The translations under genes and the position numbers were made by a program. Under the pieces are notes generated by a model. The model saw only the letters and a program-made list of their open reading frames with translations. It was not told the origin of the DNA and ran no database searches. A stretch of 64,000 nucleotides of DNA from Candidatus Caldarchaeum sp. (GTDB taxonomy: Archaea; Thermoproteota; Nitrososphaeria_A; Caldarchaeales; Caldarchaeaceae), in the NCBI GenBank assembly GCA_038831915.1, contig JAWBKB010000006.1:17874-81873 (forward strand). The letters run 5' to 3'. This document shows, one piece after another, positions 1-9,799 of the stretch (positions within the stretch are counted from its first letter, which is position 1; the number at the start of each line of letters is the position of its first letter).

Positions 1-134
1 ACAGGTTTCTTTGCGACGGCCACACCCTTCAACGACGCGAGTTCATCGTCGGAAGGATACTTATCTAGCTTCAGCTCAGCCGCGAGTTGCTTCTTCAGTC
101 TTTCCGCCTCACGCCTAGTAAGCACCGTGGTCAA
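1..134 (-). CDS. elp3: Elp3-family tRNA U34 acetyltransferase (radical SAM), N-terminal fragment running off the window
   Basis: Manual translation from TTG at 134: MTTVLTRREAERLKKQLAAELKLDKYPSDDELASLKGVAVAKKPV. This resembles the archaeal Elp3 N-terminus (..KL.K.PS..E.....KKPVR). It starts directly after the upstream gene's stop codon. Confidence 0.6.
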   Translation of the reverse strand, partial: MTTVLTRREAERLKKQLAAELKLDKYPSDDELASLKGVAVAKKP

Positions 135-135
135 A

Positions 136-1071
136 TTAGCGTCTCCTTCTAACCGAACGACATATCGAAGCGATATTTTTAAGGGCTTTCAGATATCTCG
201 GTCCCAAAGGACCGGCAAAAACTATTTCACCATATCCCATTGCCAAAGCTTCCGAAACAAACCCCTCAAGTTGGCTCGGTTTACCGTAGAAACTGAAGAA
301 TTTCACCCAATCGTCTTTCGCCACATGATATAGTTCATCCCACTGTCGCGTGGCCAAAAGCTTTTCAACTTCTTCGCGATGTTCATCGGTAACACCTGCC
401 TTTTCGAGATGTTTCTCTGATGCTCCAGTCATAAGGTATGCGGCGTAGGGCACAGCTGTTTTCCATGCTTTTTCTATGTCATCATGAACGGACGTGATGA
501 CGTATGCGGCCTTCGCAAAGGCTTTTTTCCCTTCTGACGCGATGTGTTTCAGCGAGTTACGCAGCATTTCTAAATTCGACCAGTTGACCAGCACACCGTC
601 AGCCACAACCGAAGCAGCTTCCATCATCCGAGGGCTTTGTGCGCCTACGTAAATTTTTAGGTCCGGGATCTTGTAGGTGTCGAGTTTAGTCAGATATTCT
701 CGCATGGTTTCGACGGCTTTGACGACTTTTTCGACTGGTTTTTCCCGCACAAAGCCGAGCTGTTTTAGCGAGCTGGCGTCTCCAGCACCAACGGCAAACC
801 TAACTCGGCCTGGACAAAGCTCCCACAACGTCGCCGCGTTCTGAGCCATCAAAACAGGATGAACCACATATGGGTTTACGACAGCCGGACCCAGCAAAAT
901 TCTCCGAGTATAACGCGATAAAGTCGCCAGCGTAATGAAACAATTCCTGTTAAAGAAATGGTCGCTGACCCAAATACCGTCAAATCCGTGCCGCTCAATC
1001 AAAACAGAGGCCATCGAAAGTTTCCACAAAGGATCCTTTGGCACGACCTCAACCGAGAAAGAAACATTCAT
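136..1071 (-). CDS. LLM-class (luciferase-like) flavin/F420-dependent oxidoreductase, Mer-like
   Basis: Motifs GFDGIWVSDH, GPAVVNPY..HP, ATLWELCPGR, GAGD and IYVGAQSPRM..A...ADG. Confidence 0.85.
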   Translation of the reverse strand: MNVSFSVEVVPKDPLWKLSMASVLIERHGFDGIWVSDHFFNRNCFITLATLSRYTRRILLGPAVVNPYVVHPVLMAQNAATLWELCPGRVRFAVGAGDASSLKQLGFVREKPVEKVVKAVETMREYLTKLDTYKIPDLKIYVGAQSPRMMEAASVVADGVLVNWSNLEMLRNSLKHIASEGKKAFAKAAYVITSVHDDIEKAWKTAVPYAAYLMTGASEKHLEKAGVTDEHREEVEKLLATRQWDELYHVAKDDWVKFFSFYGKPSQLEGFVSEALAMGYGEIVFAGPLGPRYLKALKNIASICRSVRRRR

Positions 1072-1280
1072 AGAAATTCACCTTTTAAAGCACGCTTCGT
1101 TTTATCAGGCTCGCTCAACCTACAAGCTTTTACGAGCAGTTTGAACTGTCTTTTTCGACTAAGCCGGTTGGTCATAAACGCTTCAAAAATCAGCCAGCCT
1201 AGCATAGGCGGGACAGAGTTAGAATTGACGCTTGACATCAAAACTTCCAGAAGTTGTTCGACTTGCTGTTTTCGGCTCAT
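1068..1280 (-). CDS. small hypothetical protein (70 aa)
   Basis: ATG start. Packed between the hydrolase (read-through end 1287) and the LLM gene (4-nt overlap). Confidence 0.55.
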   Translation of the reverse strand: MSRKQQVEQLLEVLMSSVNSNSVPPMLGWLIFEAFMTNRLSRKRQFKLLVKACRLSEPDKTKRALKGEFL

Positions 1281-1286
1281 TCTTCA

Positions 1287-2120
1287 TCATGCTTTTAGAA
1301 AATCCAATATAACGTTGTTGACCACGTCTGCGTTTTCTTCATGAACAGCGTGGCCCGCTTATAGGTCGATGAAAACTCGAGCGCCGATTTCCTCCGCAAG
1401 TTTCCGGTTCAGCTCGTATGGAACCAAATTATCCCGGCCGCCCAACACAAACAAAACAGGACACCTTACATTTCTGACATAGGTCAAATCAAAGTCACTA
1501 ATAATGTACATGGCGTCAACCAGTGTTGTTCCTGCAAGCTTTACCGACTGATAATATGCTTCGACCATCTCCGCGCTTTGAAGAGCTGGTTTCAAGTAAA
1601 CCTGCTTCACCACGTTTCGAATGAAAGATTTGCGGACAATCATCCAGCTGAATAGGTTGTAGAAAGGTTTAACAGACAAAAGGCGGACGGGTATCCTGCG
1701 GGCGCCGAACCGAGAGCCGAAAAGTGCGGGATTGATAAGGACAAGTTTTCTAACGTGTCCGGGATAGTTAGCGGCCAAGTACGACGCTATTGCGCCCCCC
1801 ATAGACATACCGGCGAGATAAAATTGCGCGACACCAATTTTGTTGAGAAATTTGACGATATGTTCAGCCAGGGCTTTAAGACGGAGTTTGGTAGGGAGTT
1901 TTTGAGAGTACCCGAAGCCAGGAAAGTCAGGCACTACTACTCGATAGTGTTGAGCCAAGACAGGCCAGTTAAAACGCCAACTGAAAGAAGAAGAGGCCCA
2001 GCCGTGAAGAAGCACAACCGCTTCACCATCACCTCTGTCGATGTAGAAAACATCAACTCCATCAACATCGACCTTCGAACCCAGCTGAAAATGTTCGCTC
2101 CAACTAACCAACCTAATCAA
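1287..2120 (-). pseudogene. alpha/beta hydrolase with a premature in-frame TAA before the catalytic His
   Basis: Motifs LLHGW, DFPGFGYS, GMSMGG and GGRDNLVP. The TAA at 1359-1361 is followed in frame by AGHAVHEENADVVNNVILDFLKA*, ending at 1287. Confidence 0.8.
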
Positions 2121-2194
2121 ATTTACGGTTCGACGATTTAAATCCTGGAAAGCGCGGCAAAAAAGATATATACATATTCAACGAATTCACCATA

Positions 2195-2905
2195 ATGTCG
2201 GGGTATCTTTCGCCCCGTGCGAAGATCAGTGGAACAGTTTCAAAGAATTGTCACGTTTACGGTTCGACGGAAGTATGTGTGGGCACCTTCATCGACGAGC
2301 TTGTCACGCTTGGATATCCGACGAGGGAGAGATTACTCAAAGCCATGCATAACAAGCACGCAGAGCCGCTTGAAATTCTCGACTCTGCAAGTCTAGGAAG
2401 CTTCGTAGGGCCAGCGTCCGTGATTAGACGGTGGACCATCGTGTATGACGAAGTCATAATTGAAGGTTGCGTGGAGATCGGCCACAACGTATTGATAAGG
2501 TCTGGCTCCATAATTAGAACCGGCTCGAGAATTGGAAGTGGCACGATGCTTGACGGCAGCGTGTTGATAGGAAAAGAAGTAAACATTCAATCAAACGTCT
2601 ACATCCCTCATCTGACCAAAGTAATGGACAGAGCATTCGTTGGCCCGAACGTGGTGATGACTAACGACTCATACCCAGTGGGGTCGCCGTTAAAAGGCCC
2701 GACCATCGGCGTCGGAGCTATCATCGGCGCTGGCGCTGTGATTCTTCCCGGCGTAGAAGTCGGCGACGGCGCAGTAGTAGGAGCTGGCTCCGTAGTAACC
2801 CGCAACGTCAGACCAAACGAAGTCGTATATGGAGTTCCCGCTAGGTTCGCCTACAAAGTCGATGAATATTTGAAAAAGAAGCAAGCCCTATACGAGAAAC
2901 GGTGA
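2195..2905 (+). CDS. hexapeptide-repeat (left-handed beta-helix) acyltransferase, WbpD-like sugar N-acetyltransferase
   Basis: Hexapeptide repeats, FVGPNVVMTND.YP, IGAGAVILPGVEVGDGAVVGAGSVVTRNV..GVPAR. Confidence 0.85.
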   Translation: MSGYLSPRAKISGTVSKNCHVYGSTEVCVGTFIDELVTLGYPTRERLLKAMHNKHAEPLEILDSASLGSFVGPASVIRRWTIVYDEVIIEGCVEIGHNVLIRSGSIIRTGSRIGSGTMLDGSVLIGKEVNIQSNVYIPHLTKVMDRAFVGPNVVMTNDSYPVGSPLKGPTIGVGAIIGAGAVILPGVEVGDGAVVGAGSVVTRNVRPNEVVYGVPARFAYKVDEYLKKKQALYEKR

Positions 2906-2975
2906 TATGATGATGTTCAAAACTTTAAAAACAACCCTAAATCCGAATTAACTAGGTGAGGAAGAGGAAGAAGTA

Positions 2976-3284
2976 ATGGGCGACATATGTCCAACTTGTG
3001 GTCTTCCAACGCCCATATGCGTTTGCGGTACGATCAGCCGCGAACAGCAGAGAGTTAAGATAAAGCTCGAGCTAAGGAAATGGAATAAGCCGACTACGGT
3101 AATCGAGGGACTGAACGGCACCAAAAAGGATTTGCAGGAAATCGCTTCGAAGCTAAAAGCAACTCTGGCTTGTGGAGGAGTTGTCAAAGACGGAATGATC
3201 CTTCTCCAAGGAGATCATAGAGACAGAGCGAAAGATGCTTTGCTTGAACTGGGTTTGTCTGAAGAAAATATTGAGGTGATTTAA
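2976..3284 (+). CDS. sui1: translation initiation factor aIF1 (SUI1)
   Basis: N-terminal CPTCGLP..ICVC and ASKLKATLACGG..K.G.I.LQGDHR. Confidence 0.95.
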   Translation: MGDICPTCGLPTPICVCGTISREQQRVKIKLELRKWNKPTTVIEGLNGTKKDLQEIASKLKATLACGGVVKDGMILLQGDHRDRAKDALLELGLSEENIEVI

Positions 3285-4204
3285 GCGGCTACGCTTTCGA
3301 GGACGTCTTTTAGTCCTTTAAACCTGTTGCGGACAGTGACTTCTGTGACTCCTGCCGCTTTCGCGATATCCTTCTGGGTCAAGTTTTGAGTGGTCTCTTG
3401 ACAGGCCATGTATAGGGCGGCTGCAGCTATTCCCACCGGGTCTTTCCCGACGGTGGCTTTTCTTTTCACAGCTTCATTGAGAAGCCTTTGAGCCTCCTGA
3501 ACAGTCCTCTGGTCAAGACCGACTTTTGAAGCGATTTTATGTACATATATTGATGGGTCTGCCACTGGAACTTTCAACCCAAGATGTTTCAACAGCAAAC
3601 GGTAGCCCTGAGCGATGGTTTTTCTTTTCACGGCTGGATAAGAGCGTTCAAATTCTCTCAAATCTCGTGGCGTCCCCAACATTCTGCACGCGGCATAAGC
3701 CGCCGCGGCCATGATTGACTTGATCGACCGTCCTCTCACGAGTCCGGCTTTAAGGGCCCGTCGGTAGATGAGCATCGCCCTTTCAGCAACTGTTTGAGAA
3801 AGCCGTAACTTGTCTACGTAAATTTGGAGAATGTTAACCGCTTGCTGAAGGTTTCGTGTTTCGCTGGAGTTTATCTGGGACGTTGCGTCGAGTTTCTTGA
3901 GTCTGAGCATTTTTTCGCGTGTTTCTTTTGAAAGTTTTCTTCCCGACGCGTCTTCATCGACGCTTTCGATGACTGTTGAAAGTCCATGGTCTCGGTACAT
4001 CGGTGAAAGAGGTGCGCCGACCCTGCTCCGGCTACCGTCCTCTTCGTCGAGGTTGCGCCACTCCGGTCCCATGTCGACGTCCTTTTCCTGAATAACGAAT
4101 CCACAGTTTGAGCAAGTAACTTCGCCAGTTCGCTGGTCGGTCACCAGCATCTCATGTCCACATTCGGGACAGAACTCTGTTGTTCTCCAACTCTTCCTTA
4201 CCAT
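3281..4204 (-). CDS. tfb: transcription initiation factor B (TFB)
   Basis: Zn ribbon CPECG..CSNCG, GPEWR, RSRVG, GRSI, GKDP.G.AAAALY and GVTEVTVRNR. Confidence 0.97.
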   Translation of the reverse strand: MVRKSWRTTEFCPECGHEMLVTDQRTGEVTCSNCGFVIQEKDVDMGPEWRNLDEEDGSRSRVGAPLSPMYRDHGLSTVIESVDEDASGRKLSKETREKMLRLKKLDATSQINSSETRNLQQAVNILQIYVDKLRLSQTVAERAMLIYRRALKAGLVRGRSIKSIMAAAAYAACRMLGTPRDLREFERSYPAVKRKTIAQGYRLLLKHLGLKVPVADPSIYVHKIASKVGLDQRTVQEAQRLLNEAVKRKATVGKDPVGIAAAALYMACQETTQNLTQKDIAKAAGVTEVTVRNRFKGLKDVLESVAA

Positions 4205-4361
4205 GTTTTCTTCACCTCACACGAAAGACATATAGACGAGAAATTCCATTTCATGTTTCTCCCTATAAGCCTTTCCTTAAAAAATAGTCTTTGCTGAAAT
4301 ATAAGGCTTTCGGGTGAATGGAAAGGGCATAAATAAATCGGTTGCGGGAAAATGATTAGAC

Positions 4362-5789
4362 GTGATAAGAATCTTTAACACGATATCGCGTAGTTTTGAA
4401 CCTTTTCAACCCCTTAACCCGCCTGTGGTAACGATGTATGTTTGCGGGCCGACCGTTTATGACGTCGCCCATCTCGGCCATGCCAGAACCTATGTAGCTT
4501 TTGACGCGATAATAAGATTTCTTGAATCGGTGGGATACAAGGTGAAATATGTTCGTAACATCACCGATGTTGGACATTTAAGAGAAACTGGTGAAGACCG
4601 CATGATCGTCGGTGCTCAAAGACTGCGGAAACATCCGATGGAAGTTGCTGACCGATACATGCTTGAGTTCTTCCGCGACATGGATGATCTGGGTGTGCGA
4701 AGGCCCGACGTGCAGCCGCGTGCAAGCATGCACATCGCTGAAATAATCGAGGCTGTGGAGAAACTCGTCGACAAAGGCTATGGCTACGTTTTGGATGGAA
4801 GCGTTTACTTCGACGTTGGCAAAGTTCCTGATTATGGTAGGTTGTCGAAGATTAGGCCAGAAGAACTCGTCATGCATAGGATTGACCCCGACCCCAGAAA
4901 ACGAAATACTGCAGATTTTGCCCTTTGGAAAGAATCTTCGCCTGATTATCCATTTTCGTGGAAAACGCCGTGGGGACGTGGATTCCCTGGATGGCACATC
5001 GAATGCAGCATAATGAGCATGAAATATCTCGGCGACCAAATCGACATTCACGGCGGCGGGCAGGAATTGATTTTCCCTCATCACGAAAATGAAATCGCTC
5101 AGTCTGAGGCCCTGACGGGTAAAAAACCCTTCGTGAAATACTGGCTTCACACAGGTGAATTAACTGTCGGAGGAAGGGGGATGCACAAATCCTACGGAAA
5201 CTTTGTGACGATAAGGGAGACGCTCGAAAGATATTCAGCAGACGTGATAAGAGTATTCATTCTGTCGTCGCACTATCGAAGGCCAGTTGATTATTCGGAG
5301 AAAAACATGGAACAAGCCGAGGAAAACGCCTCCAAGATAATCAACTTAGCGAAAAACCTTCGTTTCGCCATCGAGCAACCAACTCACAAGCCCGCAGACA
5401 CCAATTTACGGAACACCGTCCAAGCCATTTATCAACGGTTTATCGATGCGATGTCAGAGGACTTTAACACGTCTGAAGGACTCGCAGCAATATACGAATA
5501 TGTTAAAACCGTAAATATGGTATTGCCGTCTGCCGGTTTAGAGGACATCTTATTCATAAATCAGTTGTTTGAGAAGATGTGCAGTTCTTTGGGGTTGTTG
5601 CAAAAAAAAGACAGGAAAGAATCTCCGGCCGAGCTATATGAGTTGGTCAAGGTGGTTTTGGATGTTCGGCGTGAACTTCGCAAGAGAGGAATCTTCGACC
5701 TCGCTGACAAAATAAGGAGCATGCTCGCTGACCGCGGAATATTCGTTGAAGATACGAAAGATGGTGAAAGAGTTAGAATAGGTCGGTAA
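4362..5789 (+). CDS. cysS: cysteine--tRNA ligase
   Basis: MYVCGPTVYD..HLGHAR, NITDV, DFALWK, GFPGWHIECS, IHGGG.ELIFPHHENEIAQSE. Confidence 0.97.
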   Translation: MIRIFNTISRSFEPFQPLNPPVVTMYVCGPTVYDVAHLGHARTYVAFDAIIRFLESVGYKVKYVRNITDVGHLRETGEDRMIVGAQRLRKHPMEVADRYMLEFFRDMDDLGVRRPDVQPRASMHIAEIIEAVEKLVDKGYGYVLDGSVYFDVGKVPDYGRLSKIRPEELVMHRIDPDPRKRNTADFALWKESSPDYPFSWKTPWGRGFPGWHIECSIMSMKYLGDQIDIHGGGQELIFPHHENEIAQSEALTGKKPFVKYWLHTGELTVGGRGMHKSYGNFVTIRETLERYSADVIRVFILSSHYRRPVDYSEKNMEQAEENASKIINLAKNLRFAIEQPTHKPADTNLRNTVQAIYQRFIDAMSEDFNTSEGLAAIYEYVKTVNMVLPSAGLEDILFINQLFEKMCSSLGLLQKKDRKESPAELYELVKVVLDVRRELRKRGIFDLADKIRSMLADRGIFVEDTKDGERVRIGR

Positions 5790-5792
5790 GGT

Positions 5793-6479
5793 TTGAAGGC
5801 GGCCCTTCTTTCAGGTGGTTTTGGGAAACGTTTGAAGCCGCTAACTGAATCAATTCCTAAACCTCTTCTCGAAGTCGAAGGCAAGCCAATTATCGTTTGG
5901 CAGATAGAATGGTTGAAAAAACATGGAATCGATGAAATTATCGTTTGCGTCGGTTACCTACGTGAAAAAATCATAGAAGCATTGGGCAGCGGTCACAAAT
6001 TCGGTGTTAGGCTGGGTTATTCGGTGGAAGACGAGCCGCTTGGAACCGGCGGAGCGTTGAAAAACGCCGAACATCTGTTAAAATCGGATAAGGTTTTCCT
6101 GGTCGTCAACGGAGACATTTTGACAACCATTAATCCGTTGAAGCTGGTGGAGAAAATCGACAAAAACGTGGCTTGCATGGCTTTAACCAAGCTCCCGTCT
6201 CCCTATGGCATCATCGAATTAGACGAAGCTACTGGGTTGGTAAAGCGGTTCGAAGAAAAACCGCGGCTACCAAACTACATCAACGCTGGCGTATACGCTT
6301 TCAGCTCTAAGATTTTCGACTATTTACCTTCGACCGGGGACATGGAGAAAATAACTTTCCCACGGCTTGTCGAAAACAAAACTCTTTCCGCAGTTGTTTA
6401 CGAAAACGACGACTGGATAAGCATCGACAGCCACAAAGATTTGGAAGAAGCAAAACGGGTTGTGCAAAAGCTTAGGTGA
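5793..6479 (+). CDS. sugar-1-phosphate nucleotidyltransferase (NTP_transferase family)
   Basis: LSGGFGKRLKPLT..PKPLL, EPLGTGGAL, NGDI, FEEKP, INAGVY. Confidence 0.9.
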   Translation: MKAALLSGGFGKRLKPLTESIPKPLLEVEGKPIIVWQIEWLKKHGIDEIIVCVGYLREKIIEALGSGHKFGVRLGYSVEDEPLGTGGALKNAEHLLKSDKVFLVVNGDILTTINPLKLVEKIDKNVACMALTKLPSPYGIIELDEATGLVKRFEEKPRLPNYINAGVYAFSSKIFDYLPSTGDMEKITFPRLVENKTLSAVVYENDDWISIDSHKDLEEAKRVVQKLR

Positions 6480-6984
6480 CGGCTGGAAGTTTCAAAACCA
6501 TAAGGTAGGCATCCTCGCCGTCGGCGTAGTATCTTTTTTGCACTTCTTTAATAACGAAGCCGATTTTCTTGTAGAGTAATATTGCGGGTGTGTTGGTAAC
6601 TCTCACCTCGAGGTAGGCCTCTTCACAGCCGTATTCGTGTGTCAAAGCATAAACAGCCCTGCGCACGAGTTCCTCCCCGATTCCCCTCCTTCTATATCCT
6701 GGAAGAACCGCTACGGATACGATGTGACCCGCTCGGCGAATTTTGAGAAAGTCGAATTTGCTGAAAATCTTTTCAATCCTGCACATGATGTATCCGACGA
6801 GTTTGCTGTTTGTTTCAGCGACCCAGAAAGCTTTTGGGTATTCTTTGGCGAGGTCTGCGAAGAAGCCATAAGTGTAGTTTTCGGGGAGGCATATCCTGTT
6901 TATGTTCATAATTTCGAGAATATCCGACTCTTTGACCGTTCGGAAAATTATTTCGCCGCCGCCAAGCTTTTGGGTTTCCTGCAT
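6472..6984 (-). CDS. ard1: N-terminal acetyltransferase, Ard1/RimI family (GNAT)
   Basis: INRICLPENY, VGYIMCRIE, GHIVSVAV...YRRRGIG, YLEVRVTN, YYADGEDAYLM. Confidence 0.9.
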   Translation of the reverse strand: MQETQKLGGGEIIFRTVKESDILEIMNINRICLPENYTYGFFADLAKEYPKAFWVAETNSKLVGYIMCRIEKIFSKFDFLKIRRAGHIVSVAVLPGYRRRGIGEELVRRAVYALTHEYGCEEAYLEVRVTNTPAILLYKKIGFVIKEVQKRYYADGEDAYLMVLKLPAVT

Positions 6985-7017
6985 TCGACATCCGGAAGAA
7001 ACCCCTGTTTATAAAAC

Positions 7018-7743
7018 TTATACAACCACGACAAGCTCGAGTTTTGAAAAAGGCCTGTAGGGAATCATTTGGCCGAGGCCACGAGATACGTAGAGATTTT
7101 TCTCACCTAATCTGTAACAGCCTCTAGTATATCTGGAGTTAGTGAGGAGAACTGTGTTGCCGACTACGACGCCTCCATGTGTATGGCCGGCGAAAATCAT
7201 GCAAGGGCCGTTGACGAAATCCGCGGCGTTTGGGTCGTGAACAAAAACAAGTCCTGAAAGATTTCTCCGTGGATAGATTCTGTTTTAAACCCAGTCAAAT
7301 CCATGAAGTTCCCCGGCTTTCGGACTTTGGACAACGTCTGCGATTTCCACATATCCCTCTTTTGCGAGAATTTGACGGCTCCATTCTGCTTTCCCACTCC
7401 AATATTCGTGGTTTCCCATCACAAAGTAGCGTTCGTCACCGGCAAGCTGCGAAACGAATTCCACGACAAAATTATGGTCAACAGTGAAGCGGTCGACAAG
7501 GTCTCCGCCGAGAACAACTATTTCAGGCCTGATTTCCTGAACTGTGCTTAAGACATATGTCAAACGTTTTTCTCGTTGATGAATGTGCAGGTCCGGAAGA
7601 AAGATGAGTTTGAAACCCAATCCAGCATCGATTGTGGTGACTTCGAGAACATCCGATTCGTCTGTAATCATGATGGCTATGAGTGTCGCAACGCTGATTC
7701 CAGCCGCCGTCAGAAACTTCCTCCTATTCACTTCGGTATGCAC
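7018..7743 (-). pseudogene. calcineurin-like metallophosphoesterase with a twin-arginine-like N-terminus, interrupted by one in-frame TAA
   Basis: NRRKFL, DLH, GGDLVD and GNHEY, then TAA at 7285-7287, then in the same frame NRIYPRRNLSGLVFVHDP..MIFAGHTHGG..YVSRGLG to 7018. Confidence 0.8.
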
Positions 7744-7773
7744 GTTTTTTAGCTGGGTATAAAGCTATGACAC

Positions 7774-8784
7774 GTGGTGAATTCTGTCGACATCGGCCAA
7801 ACCATAACTGAATCGCGGTATTTTGTCATGCCTAATGATTCTAACCCGATCGGAAGGCTGCATGGGGGTCGCTTGATGGAATGGATGATAAACACGGCGA
7901 CGCTTTGCACGGTGAGGTTTAGCCGCGGCGACGTCGTGCTCGCCGGTTTGGACGACCTCTTTTTTCTCGCTCCAGCGGCTGTCGGTGATATGATCGTCGT
8001 CAAAGCTTGGGTTGAATATGCGGGAAGGTCTTCGATGGAGGTTGGAATTTCAGCGTACACTTATCCTCATCTTGTAGGGAAGCCGTTCTTAACAACCACT
8101 TCTCACATGGCTTTTGTGGCTGTTGATTCGACAGGAAGGCCTCGACCGCTCCCATCAACGATCAAACCACGAGAGGGGGAAGAGGAAATCTTCACCTTGG
8201 CTGAAGCCCGGTCGCAAAAAAGGAAAGCATACTTGTTGACGAGAGAGCAAGCAAGCCTTGATGTTTCAGAATACGGGCCTGACGCCCGATACAGAATGAA
8301 GTCTTCACATTTAATCACAATAGATGAAGCAAACATCGGAGGCATAATGTCGGGCGGTAGGATGCTTCACATTCTCGACGAACTCGCAGGCGCGTTGGCA
8401 GCCACCTACGCTAAAAACGTCGTCGTCACCGCATCCGTCGATTCAACGAGCTTCATCCACCCGATCCGGCTTGGAAACATCATCGACATAGAAATGGTTT
8501 TAACAGGTGTCGGAAACACCTCAGTTGAAATCGCTGCAAAAGTCATAACAGAGAACCCATCGAGCGGTGTGAGAAGACACGCCGTCACGACGTTTTTTAC
8601 GATGGTTGCGGTCGATTCGTTGGGAAACCCTGTACAGATGCCGAAATTCATTCCTGCTACAGAAGGCGAAAAACAACGTTTTGAAGAAAGTAGAGTAAGA
8701 CGGGAGCAGCGAATGAAGAGGCTCGGAGATTTAAAGACGTTTGAAAAGCTACATCATAGGCTTGTGATGCAAAATGAGATTTGA
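7774..8784 (+). CDS. acyl-CoA thioesterase with tandem hotdog domains
   Basis: Two repeats: NPIGRLHGG..AGRSSMEV and NIGGIMSGG..VGNTSVEI. Confidence 0.9.
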   Translation: MVNSVDIGQTITESRYFVMPNDSNPIGRLHGGRLMEWMINTATLCTVRFSRGDVVLAGLDDLFFLAPAAVGDMIVVKAWVEYAGRSSMEVGISAYTYPHLVGKPFLTTTSHMAFVAVDSTGRPRPLPSTIKPREGEEEIFTLAEARSQKRKAYLLTREQASLDVSEYGPDARYRMKSSHLITIDEANIGGIMSGGRMLHILDELAGALAATYAKNVVVTASVDSTSFIHPIRLGNIIDIEMVLTGVGNTSVEIAAKVITENPSSGVRRHAVTTFFTMVAVDSLGNPVQMPKFIPATEGEKQRFEESRVRREQRMKRLGDLKTFEKLHHRLVMQNEI

Positions 8785-9766
8785 GGTTGGGTTGTGTCTT
8801 CGCAGCGGCGACCTCCATCCCTTAGATGCCGTTGAGATAGCAGTCAAGGCTGAAGCGATGGGGTTCAGCTCTTTTTGGATGACCGAGGAGCTGAGCAGGG
8901 CTTCACCACCTGTTTTGGCTTTGGCGGCGGCAGCAACGTCACGAATCAAAATCGGAACAGCCATAATCAGCATCTTTGCCCGCACACCGATGAACACAGC
9001 GATGACTGCGGCAACCCTACAAGAAATATCCCGAAACCGGTTTTTACTCGGTCTCGGAGTCGGCGGACCTGACATCGTGAGGAAAGGACACGGCCTGGAC
9101 ATGGGCAACGCCGTGGAAAAAACAGCTGAATATATCCAAATCGTGAAAAAATTTCTCGAAGGAGAACGTGTGGTCTTTCACGGTGCTCACTACCATGTCG
9201 ACAACATCCGAATCTGGATTAAGAATCCGCTGCCCACCGAAATCTATCTGGCGAGCCTCAACCCGAAGATGTTGACCCTTGCGGGAAAACTCGCCGACGG
9301 AATAATATTGAACATGTTCGACCCAAAAGCATCATCGTATGTCAAAAAATGGATTAACAAAGGGCTCGAGGAATCACAGAACCCGTCAAAACCTTTTTCC
9401 AAATATTCGTTTGTTCTCGCGGCTGCTTCCAAGTCGCCTGCAGCTGTCGCGGCGATGAAAAGAGCTGCAGCCTTCTACATGAGCTCACCGGCTTACAGGA
9501 AAATATTGAAGAAAGCGGGGCACGAATTAACAGTAGAACGTTTCGTAGAAACGCTGGAAAAAGAAGGCCGTGAAAAAGCAGCTCAGATCATCGACTTAGA
9601 CCTTCTCGAAGGAGTAGGTTTTTTCGCTGACGAAAACATCGAGGAAAAACTTAGTCAATACCGTAAAGCTGGCATTATCCCGTTGGTCTATCCACAGCCT
9701 CGGATAGGAAACGAAAAAGGAGACATAGTCACGATAATCAATACCGTCGCTAAGAATGTAGCTTAA
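8774..9766 (+). CDS. LLM-class flavin/F420-dependent oxidoreductase
   Basis: AEAMGFSSFW, AAATSRIKIGTAI, RTP, ATLQEISRNRFLLGLG, PKML.LAGKLADG. Confidence 0.88.
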   Translation: MRFEVGLCLRSGDLHPLDAVEIAVKAEAMGFSSFWMTEELSRASPPVLALAAAATSRIKIGTAIISIFARTPMNTAMTAATLQEISRNRFLLGLGVGGPDIVRKGHGLDMGNAVEKTAEYIQIVKKFLEGERVVFHGAHYHVDNIRIWIKNPLPTEIYLASLNPKMLTLAGKLADGIILNMFDPKASSYVKKWINKGLEESQNPSKPFSKYSFVLAAASKSPAAVAAMKRAAAFYMSSPAYRKILKKAGHELTVERFVETLEKEGREKAAQIIDLDLLEGVGFFADENIEEKLSQYRKAGIIPLVYPQPRIGNEKGDIVTIINTVAKNVA

Positions 9767-9799
9767 ATGTGACCACGCCTTATTCCTTTTGAACAAAAT

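Noticed and set aside
4205-4361. Short repeated TATAAG(C/G)CTTTC motifs between tfb and cysS
   Set aside because: Most simply explained as divergent TATA/BRE promoter elements. Too short to support a separate call.
7197-7397. 66-aa ORF suggesting a frameshift in the phosphoesterase
   Set aside because: The two real halves are in the same frame and separated only by a TAA, so this ORF is an alternative-frame artefact.
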